Virus record (IMG/VR): IMGVR_UViG_3300045988_143356
Length of the DNA: 64,000 nt
Strand: one strand, 5' to 3'
DNA from: a virus
This document shows positions 43,420 to 52,632 of the stretch, piece by piece. The position numbers and the translations under genes were made by a program. How positions within the stretch are numbered: position 1 is the first letter of the stretch; each line of letters begins with the position of its first letter. The notes under the pieces were generated by a model. The model made no database searches, had not been told where the DNA came from, and saw only the letters and a list, made by a program, of their open reading frames with translations.

Positions 43420-46314
43420 ATGAAAGCACAAGGATATCAGACTGTAACACGTTCAAGAGCGGGTAAAGACGGTGTATCGGCATTCAAGAGCGTGGTTTTC
43501 AAAAGAAGCAATGAAGATATAGATGCACCCGTAGGTGGTACGTATGATTCCCCGGTACCCTCCGGTTGGAGTGATGGTGTTCCGGGAGGCGAGGAAAAAT
43601 TGTGGATGTCAACAAGGATATTCACAAACACTGGAGGCGCACCGCAGCAGGCGGCATGGACAACGCCTTCCGTGGTAACAGACACGGCGGACATTGATTT
43701 CGAGTTCTCGGCTGCCGCGAGTAATCCTGGAAATCCTACAAGTTCACCGAAACTTTGGCACAATACCGCCACATCGAATGACGTGTGGATGGCCGTGCGG
43801 AAGAAGAGCAATGGTGTGTGGGGAGCATGGGAGGTGTCGAAGATAAAGGGCGATAAGGGCGAGGACGGGAAGTCTTTCTACACGTGGATAAAGTACGCCG
43901 ACAACGCAGACGGCGGCGGAATCAGCGACAACCCTGTGGCCGCCGACGGCACGCTTAAGAAATACATCGGCTTCGCGTACAACAAGACCTCGCCGACGGA
44001 GAGCAACGTGGCCTCGGACTATACGTGGGCGCTTTTCAAGGGCACTGACGGCACCGACGGCCTCCCTGGAAAGCCGGGCGACGACGGCACGACCTACTAC
44101 ACGTGGATAAAGTACGCCGACGCTCTGGGAAGCAACGGCTATCCTACCGAGATGTACGACACGGCCAAGGCAACGACGGAGTATATCGGCATAGCGGTGA
44201 ACCAGACGGAGCGTGCGGAGGGGACAGACCCGGCGGCGTACTCGTGGAGCAAGTTCAAGGGCGAGGACGGGAAGGGCATCGTCTCGCAGGTCGATTACTA
44301 CGCCGTGTCGGCTTCCAAAACGGAAGTGCCGACAAATTGGACACCGAACACGCCGCCGAGCATGACCGCGACGCTTCGCTACCTGTGGAAATACACGCTG
44401 ACCACGTTTACTGATGGCAACACCGTGCAGACTGCCCCTTGTGTGGTAGGCGTGTTCGGTGTAGACGGCCTGTCCTATCGATACTCGAAATGGGTCGCTG
44501 GCGTGGAGTACAGGAATGATAACAATCCATATTACCGCGATTCTAACGGGCAGGGTATTATTGACGTCGTTTATGTGAACGGTATAACCATGTATGACCC
44601 GAACAGTGACACCACCCCGCCTGCCGGGTATATCTGTCGAAAGACGCATACTTCCCTTGACACGGTGATATTCTCGTCAGAGGGTAACTGGACACAAGAA
44701 GACAATGTTTTCACCTCAGACACCATAACGGACAATAATGCGACATGGGCGAAAATCAAGTTCAAGACAACGGCGGCGAACACAAAGATCACGGTAAAGA
44801 TAACGGCTTCGTCGGAGGCGAATTATGATTGGGGATATGTGTGCGGCCTTGACGCTGATTTCAGCACGACGAGCTATCTTGCCAAGGTATCAGGAACAAA
44901 TACTCAAACAGTTGAGATAGCGGTGCCCAAACCGGGCGTGCATTTTTTCTATGTCGGTTATACGAAGGATGGATCCGGCTACAAGAACAATGACAATACT
45001 GTTGTTGAGATAATATCTGTATCACCGTCCCCTGTTCCGCTCGCCGTAGGTGAATATTGGACGCAGATGAACTCTATGGCACCTATTCTGACAGCTTTGG
45101 TGCTTGCTGACAGAATAAAAGCGAACGCCATTGATGTGGAGAGCCTCGCCGCGAACACCGCGTTCATCGACAACCTGACGGTAAACAAGCTGATGGCCGG
45201 GATAAAGAACGGACAGAGGATTGAGATAACGCCTGATAAGAAATCCATCGACATTTATAATTCCGACGGCACTTTAGCCTCCGTGTTAGAAGGCAATGAA
45301 TATACAGCAATATCGTCCTTATTCAGTTCGGTAACTTCGGGGGCCATCACGGTAACCGAAGAAAGCGGAACAAAACGAATGGATGGGGAGGATTTATTCG
45401 GTTCATCAACCCCGATTACTTCAGCGACGCAATTCTTGACACCTTCAAAAATAACAGTGGGAAGTGGAACACTTTCCATCGAACCTATTGTAACAATGAT
45501 GGGCGGAACCTATATCACTTCAATAGGGTTGTACCTATGCACTTATTCTGATGAAAATTGCACAAATAAGATATACTCTTCAGAAGTGCGTAGACTCCTA
45601 GCTAATAGTGAGTATAGTCAAAACACACAGACCTTAACCTTTTCTAATGGAACGGGGGTTGTTCCGGCTGGATGGACAAGGTTGGAGATAGTGGTGGTGT
45701 CCCATCAGATTGGTTTTCCTATATTGATATGCTCATGGACTGACATCAGTGACGTGACTTATACTTCTGATTTCTACGTCTCACGATACTTCGCAAATGG
45801 CTTATGCCTCGGCAGGAATCTGAACAACTATATTGCTATTTATAATAGTGGTTTGGTAGGGGGGATGAATTGCAGTATGGTGAATGGTGTTTACAGGTTT
45901 GACTTTGATGCCGACGGCATCTTTTTCAAAAGAAGTGCAAAGGAGGATAGAAAGAGACTTGCACCTAGATATGGGCTTCCTTTCGCCGCCCTAGCGGTGG
46001 GCACTATGCTTCTAAATTCCACTTCTCCGTCCATGGGAAATTACAGAACCGTTGATGGCTCAAATACTGGCATGTCCGTGTCCCGGGTTTCCAACGGCAC
46101 ATTCAAGGTCACGATACCGTCCACTTGGGGTAACCGATATATAGTACAACTCACGACATTGGGTAGGACTGACAGTGATAACCCAATGGGGGCATCAGTC
46201 AGTACCATTTCGACAGGATCATTCATCGTTGATACTATGAGCTTAAAGGGCACTTGGGTCAACGAGGCAAAGGTTATGTTTTTAATCACAGATTTGTATG
46301 ATTTCAATGGATGA
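43420..46314 (+). CDS. tail fibre protein with collagen-like G-x-x segments and internal repeats
   Basis: 964 aa; GDKGEDGKSFYTWIKYAD… and GTDGLPGKPGDDGTTYYTWIKYAD… repeat units. Confidence 0.7.
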   Translation: MKAQGYQTVTRSRAGKDGVSAFKSVVFKRSNEDIDAPVGGTYDSPVPSGWSDGVPGGEEKLWMSTRIFTNTGGAPQQAAWTTPSVVTDTADIDFEFSAAASNPGNPTSSPKLWHNTATSNDVWMAVRKKSNGVWGAWEVSKIKGDKGEDGKSFYTWIKYADNADGGGISDNPVAADGTLKKYIGFAYNKTSPTESNVASDYTWALFKGTDGTDGLPGKPGDDGTTYYTWIKYADALGSNGYPTEMYDTAKATTEYIGIAVNQTERAEGTDPAAYSWSKFKGEDGKGIVSQVDYYAVSASKTEVPTNWTPNTPPSMTATLRYLWKYTLTTFTDGNTVQTAPCVVGVFGVDGLSYRYSKWVAGVEYRNDNNPYYRDSNGQGIIDVVYVNGITMYDPNSDTTPPAGYICRKTHTSLDTVIFSSEGNWTQEDNVFTSDTITDNNATWAKIKFKTTAANTKITVKITASSEANYDWGYVCGLDADFSTTSYLAKVSGTNTQTVEIAVPKPGVHFFYVGYTKDGSGYKNNDNTVVEIISVSPSPVPLAVGEYWTQMNSMAPILTALVLADRIKANAIDVESLAANTAFIDNLTVNKLMAGIKNGQRIEITPDKKSIDIYNSDGTLASVLEGNEYTAISSLFSSVTSGAITVTEESGTKRMDGEDLFGSSTPITSATQFLTPSKITVGSGTLSIEPIVTMMGGTYITSIGLYLCTYSDENCTNKIYSSEVRRLLANSEYSQNTQTLTFSNGTGVVPAGWTRLEIVVVSHQIGFPILICSWTDISDVTYTSDFYVSRYFANGLCLGRNLNNYIAIYNSGLVGGMNCSMVNGVYRFDFDADGIFFKRSAKEDRKRLAPRYGLPFAALAVGTMLLNSTSPSMGNYRTVDGSNTGMSVSRVSNGTFKVTIPSTWGNRYIVQLTTLGRTDSDNPMGASVSTISTGSFIVDTMSLKGTWVNEAKVMFLITDLYDFNG

Positions 46315-46756
46315 TTTAACGAAAAATTTTTCTTACTCGGAGTTTACCGAGTCAAGCACGGCCAAGGCGAGGGGGATCGACAACAGTCTTCCGAACCAGG
46401 CCGTGCGCACTGCTATCAAGGAGCTTGCTGAGAATATTCTGCAACCGCTCCGTGACGCATACGGAAGCGGCATAAGGATTACATCCGGCTATCGTTGCCC
46501 CGCCTTGAACAAGGCGGTGGGCGGCGTGGCCACCTCCGCGCACCTTACGGGTTACGCGGCGGATTTGCAGCCGATAAACGGTGATATCGCCGGGTTTACC
46601 AGATTTGCCGTTGAATGGTTGAAACGCACCGGCACTGCTTTTGACCAGTGCATAACCGAGCGTAACACCCATACCGGAGCGATATGGCTGCACATCGGGC
46701 TGAAAGGTCCTGGAGGCAAGCAGCGCAAACAATTTTTAAATATGACAATATCATGA
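46298..46756 (+). CDS. peptidase M15-family (D-Ala-D-Ala carboxypeptidase-like) endolysin
   Basis: ITSGYRCPALNKAVGGVATSAHLTGYAADL zinc-binding pattern. Confidence 0.8.
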   Translation: MISMDDLTKNFSYSEFTESSTAKARGIDNSLPNQAVRTAIKELAENILQPLRDAYGSGIRITSGYRCPALNKAVGGVATSAHLTGYAADLQPINGDIAGFTRFAVEWLKRTGTAFDQCITERNTHTGAIWLHIGLKGPGGKQRKQFLNMTIS

Positions 46757-47181
46757 AAGAGTTTTTAAAGAAAATCGCCGACATTCTGTTATGGGCGTGG
46801 CAGCTGCCGCAGAATGTCGCGGGAATCATCGTCCAGAAGTTTTACGAGCGGAAGGCGGACAAGACCGACGCGGATTGGCTCTATTTCCGCAGACATGGCA
46901 TCCTGTACCTCCGCACGGACTCGCTCGCCAGCGGCAAGGCGGTGGCGCTGGGAGAGTATGTCGTGGTAAACTGGTTCGCGAGCCACGACACAGAGGATCA
47001 CGAGTTCGGCCACGTCAGGCAGTCGAGGATGCTCGGGCCGTTTTACCTTCCGCTCGTGGGCTTGCAGTCACTCTGCCACGCCGCCGTCCACTACGACCTT
47101 TGCGGAAGGAAAAAGTACAAGCCTTACAGGCATTTCTGGACTGAAAAATGGGCGGATTGGCTTGGCGGAGTCAAAAAATAG
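46753..47181 (+). CDS. HExxH-motif protein (putative small metallopeptidase)
   Basis: ATG 46753 overlaps the lysin stop (ATGA); DHEFGHVRQS motif. Confidence 0.5.
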   Translation: MKEFLKKIADILLWAWQLPQNVAGIIVQKFYERKADKTDADWLYFRRHGILYLRTDSLASGKAVALGEYVVVNWFASHDTEDHEFGHVRQSRMLGPFYLPLVGLQSLCHAAVHYDLCGRKKYKPYRHFWTEKWADWLGGVKK

Positions 47182-47243
47182 CACTACCTTTGTGGCAGTT
47201 GTCATAACTTTACTCGTTTTAGGTTAGTTAGTTAAAGAACTTC

Positions 47244-47278
47244 GGTCTCCCCGCCGAGAGGTGCGGAGACCTTTTTTT
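47244..47278 (+). terminator. rho-independent terminator
   Basis: GGTCTCC…GGAGACC stem with inner pairs and GAGA loop, followed by T7. Confidence 0.65.
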
Positions 47279-47286
47279 AGAATATC

Positions 47287-47799
47287 ATGGGAAAGAAATT
47301 TTTATTCTTGATTTGCATGGCGCTTACGGCCACCCTCGGGTTCATCGGCGGGCGAAGAAGTTCCATTATGCCTCCCGTTGAAAAGTCAGACACTATAATA
47401 ATACGCGATACATTCATTGACTACAAGCCTTCGCCCGTAACCGTCTCTCCATTGCGGATCGAAACCTGCCGTCTGCTTCTGGCATCTAAGTTCGCTGATG
47501 ATACCACGATGACAGCTGATACGGTCATTATACAAATCCATGACACCGTTGCCGTAGAGGTTCCGATAACCCTCAGCCGCTATATGGCGCGGGATTATGA
47601 TATAGCCGTGTCCGGTTTCCGTACTGAACTTGAATATGTCAAGGTGTTTCCGGAAACAAAAGTGGTGACCAAGATGGTCATGCAGCAGAAAAGAAAATTC
47701 GGTTTCGGTGTCTCGGCGGGACCGACGGTATGCCTTGCTCCGGATGGGCGGTTTGCGTACGGTCTGGGCGTGACAGGAGGTTTAACATATAATTTTTGA
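47287..47799 (+). CDS. exported/outer-membrane-type protein
   Basis: N-terminal signal-anchor MGKKFLFLICMALTATLGFIGG; C-terminal …GVTGGLTYNF ending in Phe, like an OMP beta-signal. Confidence 0.5.
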   Translation: MGKKFLFLICMALTATLGFIGGRRSSIMPPVEKSDTIIIRDTFIDYKPSPVTVSPLRIETCRLLLASKFADDTTMTADTVIIQIHDTVAVEVPITLSRYMARDYDIAVSGFRTELEYVKVFPETKVVTKMVMQQKRKFGFGVSAGPTVCLAPDGRFAYGLGVTGGLTYNF

Positions 47800-47860
47800 C
47801 GGTCTATGACGACGGATTCAGAATGTCTGATCATCTTCCTCTAATAATCAATCTTTAGTC

Positions 47861-48046
47861 ATGAGCAAAGCGAAATTCAAGATAAAAGTTCAGAAAGGCA
47901 AAAAGTCTGGCACAAAACTTGCGGCTATCCCAGTGAAGGTGGTGAAGAACGACAATCCTAACGGAGAGAAAATCCTTGCGAAGGGCATCCAAATCACCGT
48001 CAGCCCTAAAATTAATAGTCATGGACAACCAAGGCGAAAGCGATGA
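47861..48046 (+). CDS. small basic hypothetical protein
   Basis: 61-aa Lys-rich ORF. Confidence 0.35.
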   Translation: MSKAKFKIKVQKGKKSGTKLAAIPVKVVKNDNPNGEKILAKGIQITVSPKINSHGQPRRKR

Positions 48047-48437
48047 ACGGATTAAAAGATTGATTCTGACGCTACGGGATATAACCCTTGCGGTACAGAT
48101 AGCACCGTTTGTCATTTCCTTGCTTTATATCCTGGGCATAACCGCGCAACTTTTATTTAGCGGCGATACAAGCTGGCTTTTCAGCATTATATTATATACT
48201 CCGCCGCCTATCATTCTCATCATGCTGATATTTTCGAGAATGCTGCACCTTTGCAAATGGCATCGGCTGGCCTGCGCGCTCCCGCTTGTGCCATTCTGCT
48301 TTACAATGATTGACGCTTATCTGATTGAATTATCAGATATAGCCGTATGGATTCTAAATGGATTGGCTATTGCCATGATAATTATGCTCCTTATGGCGGC
48401 TTACAATGTTTTTCTTAAACCACATCATTATGTTTAA
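48021..48437 (+). CDS. multi-pass membrane protein (holin candidate)
   Basis: ATG 48021 in track ORF 47976..48437; at least three hydrophobic helices. Confidence 0.5.
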   Translation: MDNQGESDERIKRLILTLRDITLAVQIAPFVISLLYILGITAQLLFSGDTSWLFSIILYTPPPIILIMLIFSRMLHLCKWHRLACALPLVPFCFTMIDAYLIELSDIAVWILNGLAIAMIIMLLMAAYNVFLKPHHYV

Positions 48438-48546
48438 TCCTAAAGACTATCTTATCGAGATTCTTGAGTTCTACATCAAGAAACTGCAAAGTGATTCCTG
48501 CACTATGGAGGAAATCAATTAGGCGACGCACACCTTGGAAAGCAAT

Positions 48547-48729
48547 ATGAAAGTGTACGGCAGCATTTCGGACTTCGCCGATTTTTATCACAAACCGGAA
48601 ACTTCAATCCGTGTCAATATCTTCCGTAAGTTATTGGATAAGCCTATCCGAAAAGTGCTTTACCCGTTCCACAAGATTCACCGCATTGTTCCAGATAATT
48701 GGCATAATAAAAGCGATTTAAGAATATAA
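48547..48729 (+). CDS. small hypothetical protein
   Basis: ATG 48547 inside track ORF 48535..48729 (track start is TTG). Confidence 0.35.
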   Translation: MKVYGSISDFADFYHKPETSIRVNIFRKLLDKPIRKVLYPFHKIHRIVPDNWHNKSDLRI

Positions 48730-48763
48730 CGATACATTCTTCATCCGCACCTCCATGATATCG

Positions 48764-48771
48764 TAACTTTG
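48764..48771 (+). promoter_or_regulatory. candidate -7 promoter box TAACTTTG
   Basis: TAnnTTTG match 45 nt before ATG 48816. Confidence 0.3.
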
Positions 48772-48815
48772 CGACAAGACCGAATGGCGGTCGAAACACA
48801 CTAAACTTTTTTATC

Positions 48816-49736
48816 ATGGAATCAAAAACGTATGTATTCGGCGGGGAAGACTCCGGCAACAGCGGGATGTGGGGATGGCTCGCCAACCTCGCGCAGAACA
48901 GGGGTGTTGACCCTAATGTCCTGGCGATGATGAACAACAGCGGTGGCTGGGGCAACGGAATGGGGAACTGGATCTGGTTCTTCTTCATTATCCTTATCTT
49001 CTGTGGCAACGGCTGGAACGGGCTCGGACGCAACGGGCAAGGCACCGCTGACCTTGCGTCGCTCATCAACAGCGACAACGGCAGGGATCTCGTGATGCAG
49101 GCCATCACCCGCAACGGCAACGCCATCGACCAGCTGGCAAGCACGTTCAACTGCTCGACAGGCCAGATCCAACAGGCCATCAACGGTGTGATGACACAGC
49201 TCCAGTCCCTCGGCAGCCAGGTAGGCATGTCCGGACAGGCTATCATCAACGCCATCCAGAGCGGCAACTGCTCGATAGAGAGACAGCTTGCGCAGTGCTG
49301 CTGCGACAACCGCCTTCTCGCCACCCAGCAGGGCTATGAGAACAGGATTGCCATCTCAGAGCAGACCAACGTGCTTGGCTCGAAGATTGACCAGCAAAGC
49401 GTTCTCATCAACGACAAGTTCTGCCAGCTGGAGCAGCGTGAGCTTCAGAACAAGATAGACGCGCTCCGGGAGGAAAGGTCCAACCTTCTCGGCCAGATCT
49501 CACAGGCGAACCAGACCGCGCAGATCGGGCAGTACATCAGCCAGGCGTTCACGCCGCTCAACTCCGCCTTGGCCGCCTTGCAGTCCGAAGTTGACGGCAT
49601 CAAGTGCAAGCTCCCGCAGACGCAGGTTGTCCCGGCGCAGAACGGCGTTTACCTTTCGCCTTGCCAGGCCACCCTTCTCGGTCTCAACGGACTTGGTGCG
49701 GGCTCCGGTGTCATCGGTAACGGCCCTTGGCTGTAA
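48816..49736 (+). CDS. membrane-anchored Gln-rich coiled-coil protein
   Basis: Gly/Trp/Asn-rich N-terminus, TM helix WIWFFFIILIFCG, long Q/N-rich helical region. Confidence 0.55.
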   Translation: MESKTYVFGGEDSGNSGMWGWLANLAQNRGVDPNVLAMMNNSGGWGNGMGNWIWFFFIILIFCGNGWNGLGRNGQGTADLASLINSDNGRDLVMQAITRNGNAIDQLASTFNCSTGQIQQAINGVMTQLQSLGSQVGMSGQAIINAIQSGNCSIERQLAQCCCDNRLLATQQGYENRIAISEQTNVLGSKIDQQSVLINDKFCQLEQRELQNKIDALREERSNLLGQISQANQTAQIGQYISQAFTPLNSALAALQSEVDGIKCKLPQTQVVPAQNGVYLSPCQATLLGLNGLGAGSGVIGNGPWL

Positions 49737-49780
49737 GTTCAACGGGGCCGTCGTAAGGCGGCCCATAAACCCAAGACATC

Positions 49781-50122
49781 ATGATACCGTTCTACTTTAT
49801 GGCTAACAGAGGCGGAATACCGAGGGTCAAGTCCGAAAGCGTGACAGTGACAGCCACGGAAGTGAGGTTCAACTTCACAAGTGACGCGCGGTTCGCGAGG
49901 AATTTCAGCGGATTCGTCGCGGTATGGCTGGCGCAGGCAATCCCGTCGGGAACCACAGGAACGCTTCCGGTAGTATTCTCTTCGACAGCTTCCGGCAACC
50001 AGGCCGTGACCACTTTCGACGACGCAGCCGTGACCGTGAACAACATCAGCGGCACGGGTATCTATCTTGCCTACTACGAGGCTTCAACAGGAACACTGCA
50101 ATTCCTTACGGGACTTGCGTAA
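49781..50122 (+). CDS. hypothetical beta-rich protein
   Basis: 113-aa ORF. Confidence 0.5.
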   Translation: MIPFYFMANRGGIPRVKSESVTVTATEVRFNFTSDARFARNFSGFVAVWLAQAIPSGTTGTLPVVFSSTASGNQAVTTFDDAAVTVNNISGTGIYLAYYEASTGTLQFLTGLA

Positions 50123-50141
50123 CAATTAAACAATCAGAGAC

Positions 50142-50648
50142 ATGTTCAGCGCATTGAGACAGTCAGGCACGGTCTATATCCTGACAAAGGGTGACACCCC
50201 GACCCTAAAGACGGGCGTGGTTCAGTCCGTTTCCTCCCCGGTGACGAAGTTCGGCACACAGCTGATGCCGGGACAGTTCCAGCAGGACACGGTGGTGGAT
50301 TTGACCGTGAAGGTCGGGGACGAGCTTCTGACATTCAAGCAGATTCCGTCTTCGTCTGTCATCGCGCCTTGCGGCAACACCGTGGTCTCCGAAAGCCGCG
50401 AGGCTATGGTGGCCGAGGTCGAGAACATGATAAGGACAAGCAAGGAAGTCCTTGGGAGCGTGGACTATCACAAGAACGCTCTGGAGGCCTGCGAGTCCAT
50501 CATGTGCACGCTCAATCCAAGGCTTGCCGAGGAAAAGGAACAAAGGGAGAAGATTGAGACCCTTGAGCGTAAGCTCGGTGGCATCGAAGACACCGTGGGT
50601 GACATGAAAGAACTGCTGCTCAAGGCGTTGAACAAGGTCCCTAAATAA
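50142..50648 (+). CDS. hypothetical protein
   Basis: 168-aa ORF with coiled-coil C-terminus. Confidence 0.55.
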   Translation: MFSALRQSGTVYILTKGDTPTLKTGVVQSVSSPVTKFGTQLMPGQFQQDTVVDLTVKVGDELLTFKQIPSSSVIAPCGNTVVSESREAMVAEVENMIRTSKEVLGSVDYHKNALEACESIMCTLNPRLAEEKEQREKIETLERKLGGIEDTVGDMKELLLKALNKVPK

Positions 50649-50663
50649 CACACTATTTTAATC

Positions 50664-50903
50664 ATGAGAGTAATAGAGATAACTGAAAGCAAGCTGGACA
50701 AGATGTCCGACTTGGCAGAGGAAATGCTGACCGCCGGGGGCAGACTGATGCACTGCATCAGCGAGTTGGGTGAGGAAAGCGGCCTGAATATGCGGATGGG
50801 TGACGGGGACTACCGGTCAATGTCAACCATGAGGCGCAGGCATGAACGTGATGACTATGACGGTGACGACTTCGGCGAGCGCCGCCGCAGATACCGCTAT
50901 TAG
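50664..50903 (+). CDS. hypothetical protein
   Basis: 79-aa ORF, Arg/Asp-rich tail. Confidence 0.45.
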   Translation: MRVIEITESKLDKMSDLAEEMLTAGGRLMHCISELGEESGLNMRMGDGDYRSMSTMRRRHERDDYDGDDFGERRRRYRY

Positions 50904-50905
50904 CC

Positions 50906-51328
50906 ATGTATAGGGAACCGCTTGACATTTATGACGAGAGGCCGGCGGCCATGGTCGCCTACCTCCGTCACAACGGAATGCACTTCAACGGCAAGGCCCA
51001 GGAGTTCGCCGCGTCCCAGATGCGGAAGATGAACCCGGCGACAAGAAAGACCGAGCGGATAGAAGCCTGGAACAAGGAGCAGGTCGATGACCTTATGAAA
51101 CGGAACGGCATCACGCTGGAAAACGCTGTCGGGCATGACTACGTTTTCGTGGCCAACATGGCCAAAGCGGATTTCCTCGGCTCCAGCATAGAGGACGAGA
51201 AGCACCTTGCAAGGTATGTCAAGGATGTCATTGACGATCCGGACCAGGCGGACGGGTTTATCTTCAACCGCTGGTACGCCGACACGGTGCGTTCGGGAAT
51301 CCCCGTTGACTGGGAGACTATCCTATGA
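50906..51328 (+). CDS. hypothetical protein
   Basis: 140-aa ORF, coupled to neighbours. Confidence 0.55.
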   Translation: MYREPLDIYDERPAAMVAYLRHNGMHFNGKAQEFAASQMRKMNPATRKTERIEAWNKEQVDDLMKRNGITLENAVGHDYVFVANMAKADFLGSSIEDEKHLARYVKDVIDDPDQADGFIFNRWYADTVRSGIPVDWETIL

Positions 51329-51738
51329 CGACACAGCGTGTCCTTTTGTCCGATTGGCGGTGGACAGTGGTGTTCTGCTACGACGCCACCGCCTACGACA
51401 CGGACACGGTTCTTGACTTGATGGACGAGGCGAACATTTCTGCCGACAAGATAGAGGCCGCTGAAAGAATCCTTTCCGATATCCAGTCCAACACGGGCCT
51501 CACGGCCTCGTCCTTCAATTCAAGGACTACCGTAAGCGTGATAGGCAGGGCTTCATCAGTGTTCGAGTTCCAAAACACCTATGACCACGAGAAGGGACAC
51601 GTGACGATGCACATAGCGAAGGCGTTGGGGATAGACCCTTTCGGCGAGGAGCTTCAATACCTCGCCGGCGATATAGGGAGAAAAACATATCCGGTCGCAA
51701 GAATGTATCTTTGCGCCGGATGCGGGAATGACAGATGA
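51325..51738 (+). CDS. HExxH-motif hypothetical protein
   Basis: 137-aa ORF with YDHEKGHVTMH. Confidence 0.55.
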   Translation: MTTQRVLLSDWRWTVVFCYDATAYDTDTVLDLMDEANISADKIEAAERILSDIQSNTGLTASSFNSRTTVSVIGRASSVFEFQNTYDHEKGHVTMHIAKALGIDPFGEELQYLAGDIGRKTYPVARMYLCAGCGNDR

Positions 51739-51768
51739 GGCGGCAAGTTGCCCATTTGTCAAATAAAG

Positions 51769-51802
51769 GCACCGTGCGAACCTCCACCACACGGTGCTTT
51801 TT
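51769..51802. terminator. bidirectional rho-independent terminator
   Basis: GCACCGTG…CACGGTGC 8-bp stem, T5 downstream and A-run upstream, between convergent genes. Confidence 0.6.
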
Positions 51803-51803
51803 G

Positions 51804-52376
51804 TCAGTCATTTAGAAGGAAATCCTCCGCATACGGCAATGACCTTATGAAGTCGCAGAAAGCACCGTAGTCCTCTTTTAGTTTGTGGTTCTTGCGTTGT
51901 GCATATATGTTCCTAAGACACAGATAGTTGGTCGTGCAACGCATAAACAACTCTATGCCCTGGGGACAGTTCGACACCAGACGCATAAAGTTCGCGTATG
52001 TCGGGGACTCGTTATACTCTTTCTGCAAGGCCGTGACTTCCTTGATTGTGTTTTCGGTAACATATTTGTTACAACACTCCTTTATGTTCATCTTACTCAG
52101 ACGGTGCATCTTGCTGCTGGAGTTCACTATCTTGAAGAAGGTGTACCGTTGCAGCTCCGGACTGATGTAGTTCGGATATACCAGATCAAAGGCGACACGG
52201 ATTCCGGAAAGAAAGTTGGAGTGGCCGCCGCCAAGCGGCGCGAGTTTCCTTGCCCTTTCAAGCGATTTCTCGAACTCCTCATCAGTGTATTCCGGCAATT
52301 CAAGCCGCATCGAGTTGCGGCACGCTATGACCGATTCCTTCAAGTCATAGACCTTCACATTCTCAACCCTCAGCAT
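51804..52376 (-). CDS. ThyX-like protein with degenerate signature
   Basis: GGGHSNFLSGIRVAFDL…LQRYTFFKIVNSSSKMH aligns by eye to the ThyX GHxSxLEH…RHR-x7-S…SxRY region, but RHR is RYT and SQRY is SKMH. Confidence 0.45.
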   Translation of the reverse strand: MLRVENVKVYDLKESVIACRNSMRLELPEYTDEEFEKSLERARKLAPLGGGHSNFLSGIRVAFDLVYPNYISPELQRYTFFKIVNSSSKMHRLSKMNIKECCNKYVTENTIKEVTALQKEYNESPTYANFMRLVSNCPQGIELFMRCTTNYLCLRNIYAQRKNHKLKEDYGAFCDFIRSLPYAEDFLLND

Positions 52377-52632
52377 TGTTCTTCTCCACGATTAAAGGAT
52401 TGTAAAGCATTGATCCAACATAGTCCTGGTCTTCAAAAGATTCGATGCAGAACTGAACCATAGAGTAACCCATCAGAGCAAGGAACCTGTATATGGTGTC
52501 CTTGCTCGGAGGTGTGGAACCACGCTCTATCTTCCACAGCGTGCTTTTGGACACGCCGAGACGAGCGGCGAATGTCCGGAGGCTCTCGTTGCACTCCAGA
52601 CGCGCTTTCTTGAATACTTTGCCTGGATTCAT
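52363..52632 (-). CDS. XRE-family helix-turn-helix regulator
   Basis: SLRTFAARLGVSKSTLWKIERGSTPPSKDTIYRF. Confidence 0.7.
   Translation of the reverse strand: MNPGKVFKKARLECNESLRTFAARLGVSKSTLWKIERGSTPPSKDTIYRFLALMGYSMVQFCIESFEDQDYVGSMLYNPLIVEKNNAEG

Noticed and set aside
38804-46314. Diversity-generating retroelement acting on the fibre genes
   Set aside because: No reverse transcriptase ORF occurs anywhere in the window. I could find no template/variable repeat pair with adenine-specific differences. The similarity between the fibres is ordinary paralogy.
48430-48729. In-frame TAG (48520-48522) joining a 30-codon ORF to 48535..48729 as evidence of amber recoding or suppression
   Set aside because: Sharing a frame has a 1-in-3 chance. 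The downstream ORF has its own ATG (48547). All long genes (up to 1744 codons) are intact under the standard code. The only anticodon-like loop found reads UGA, not UAG.
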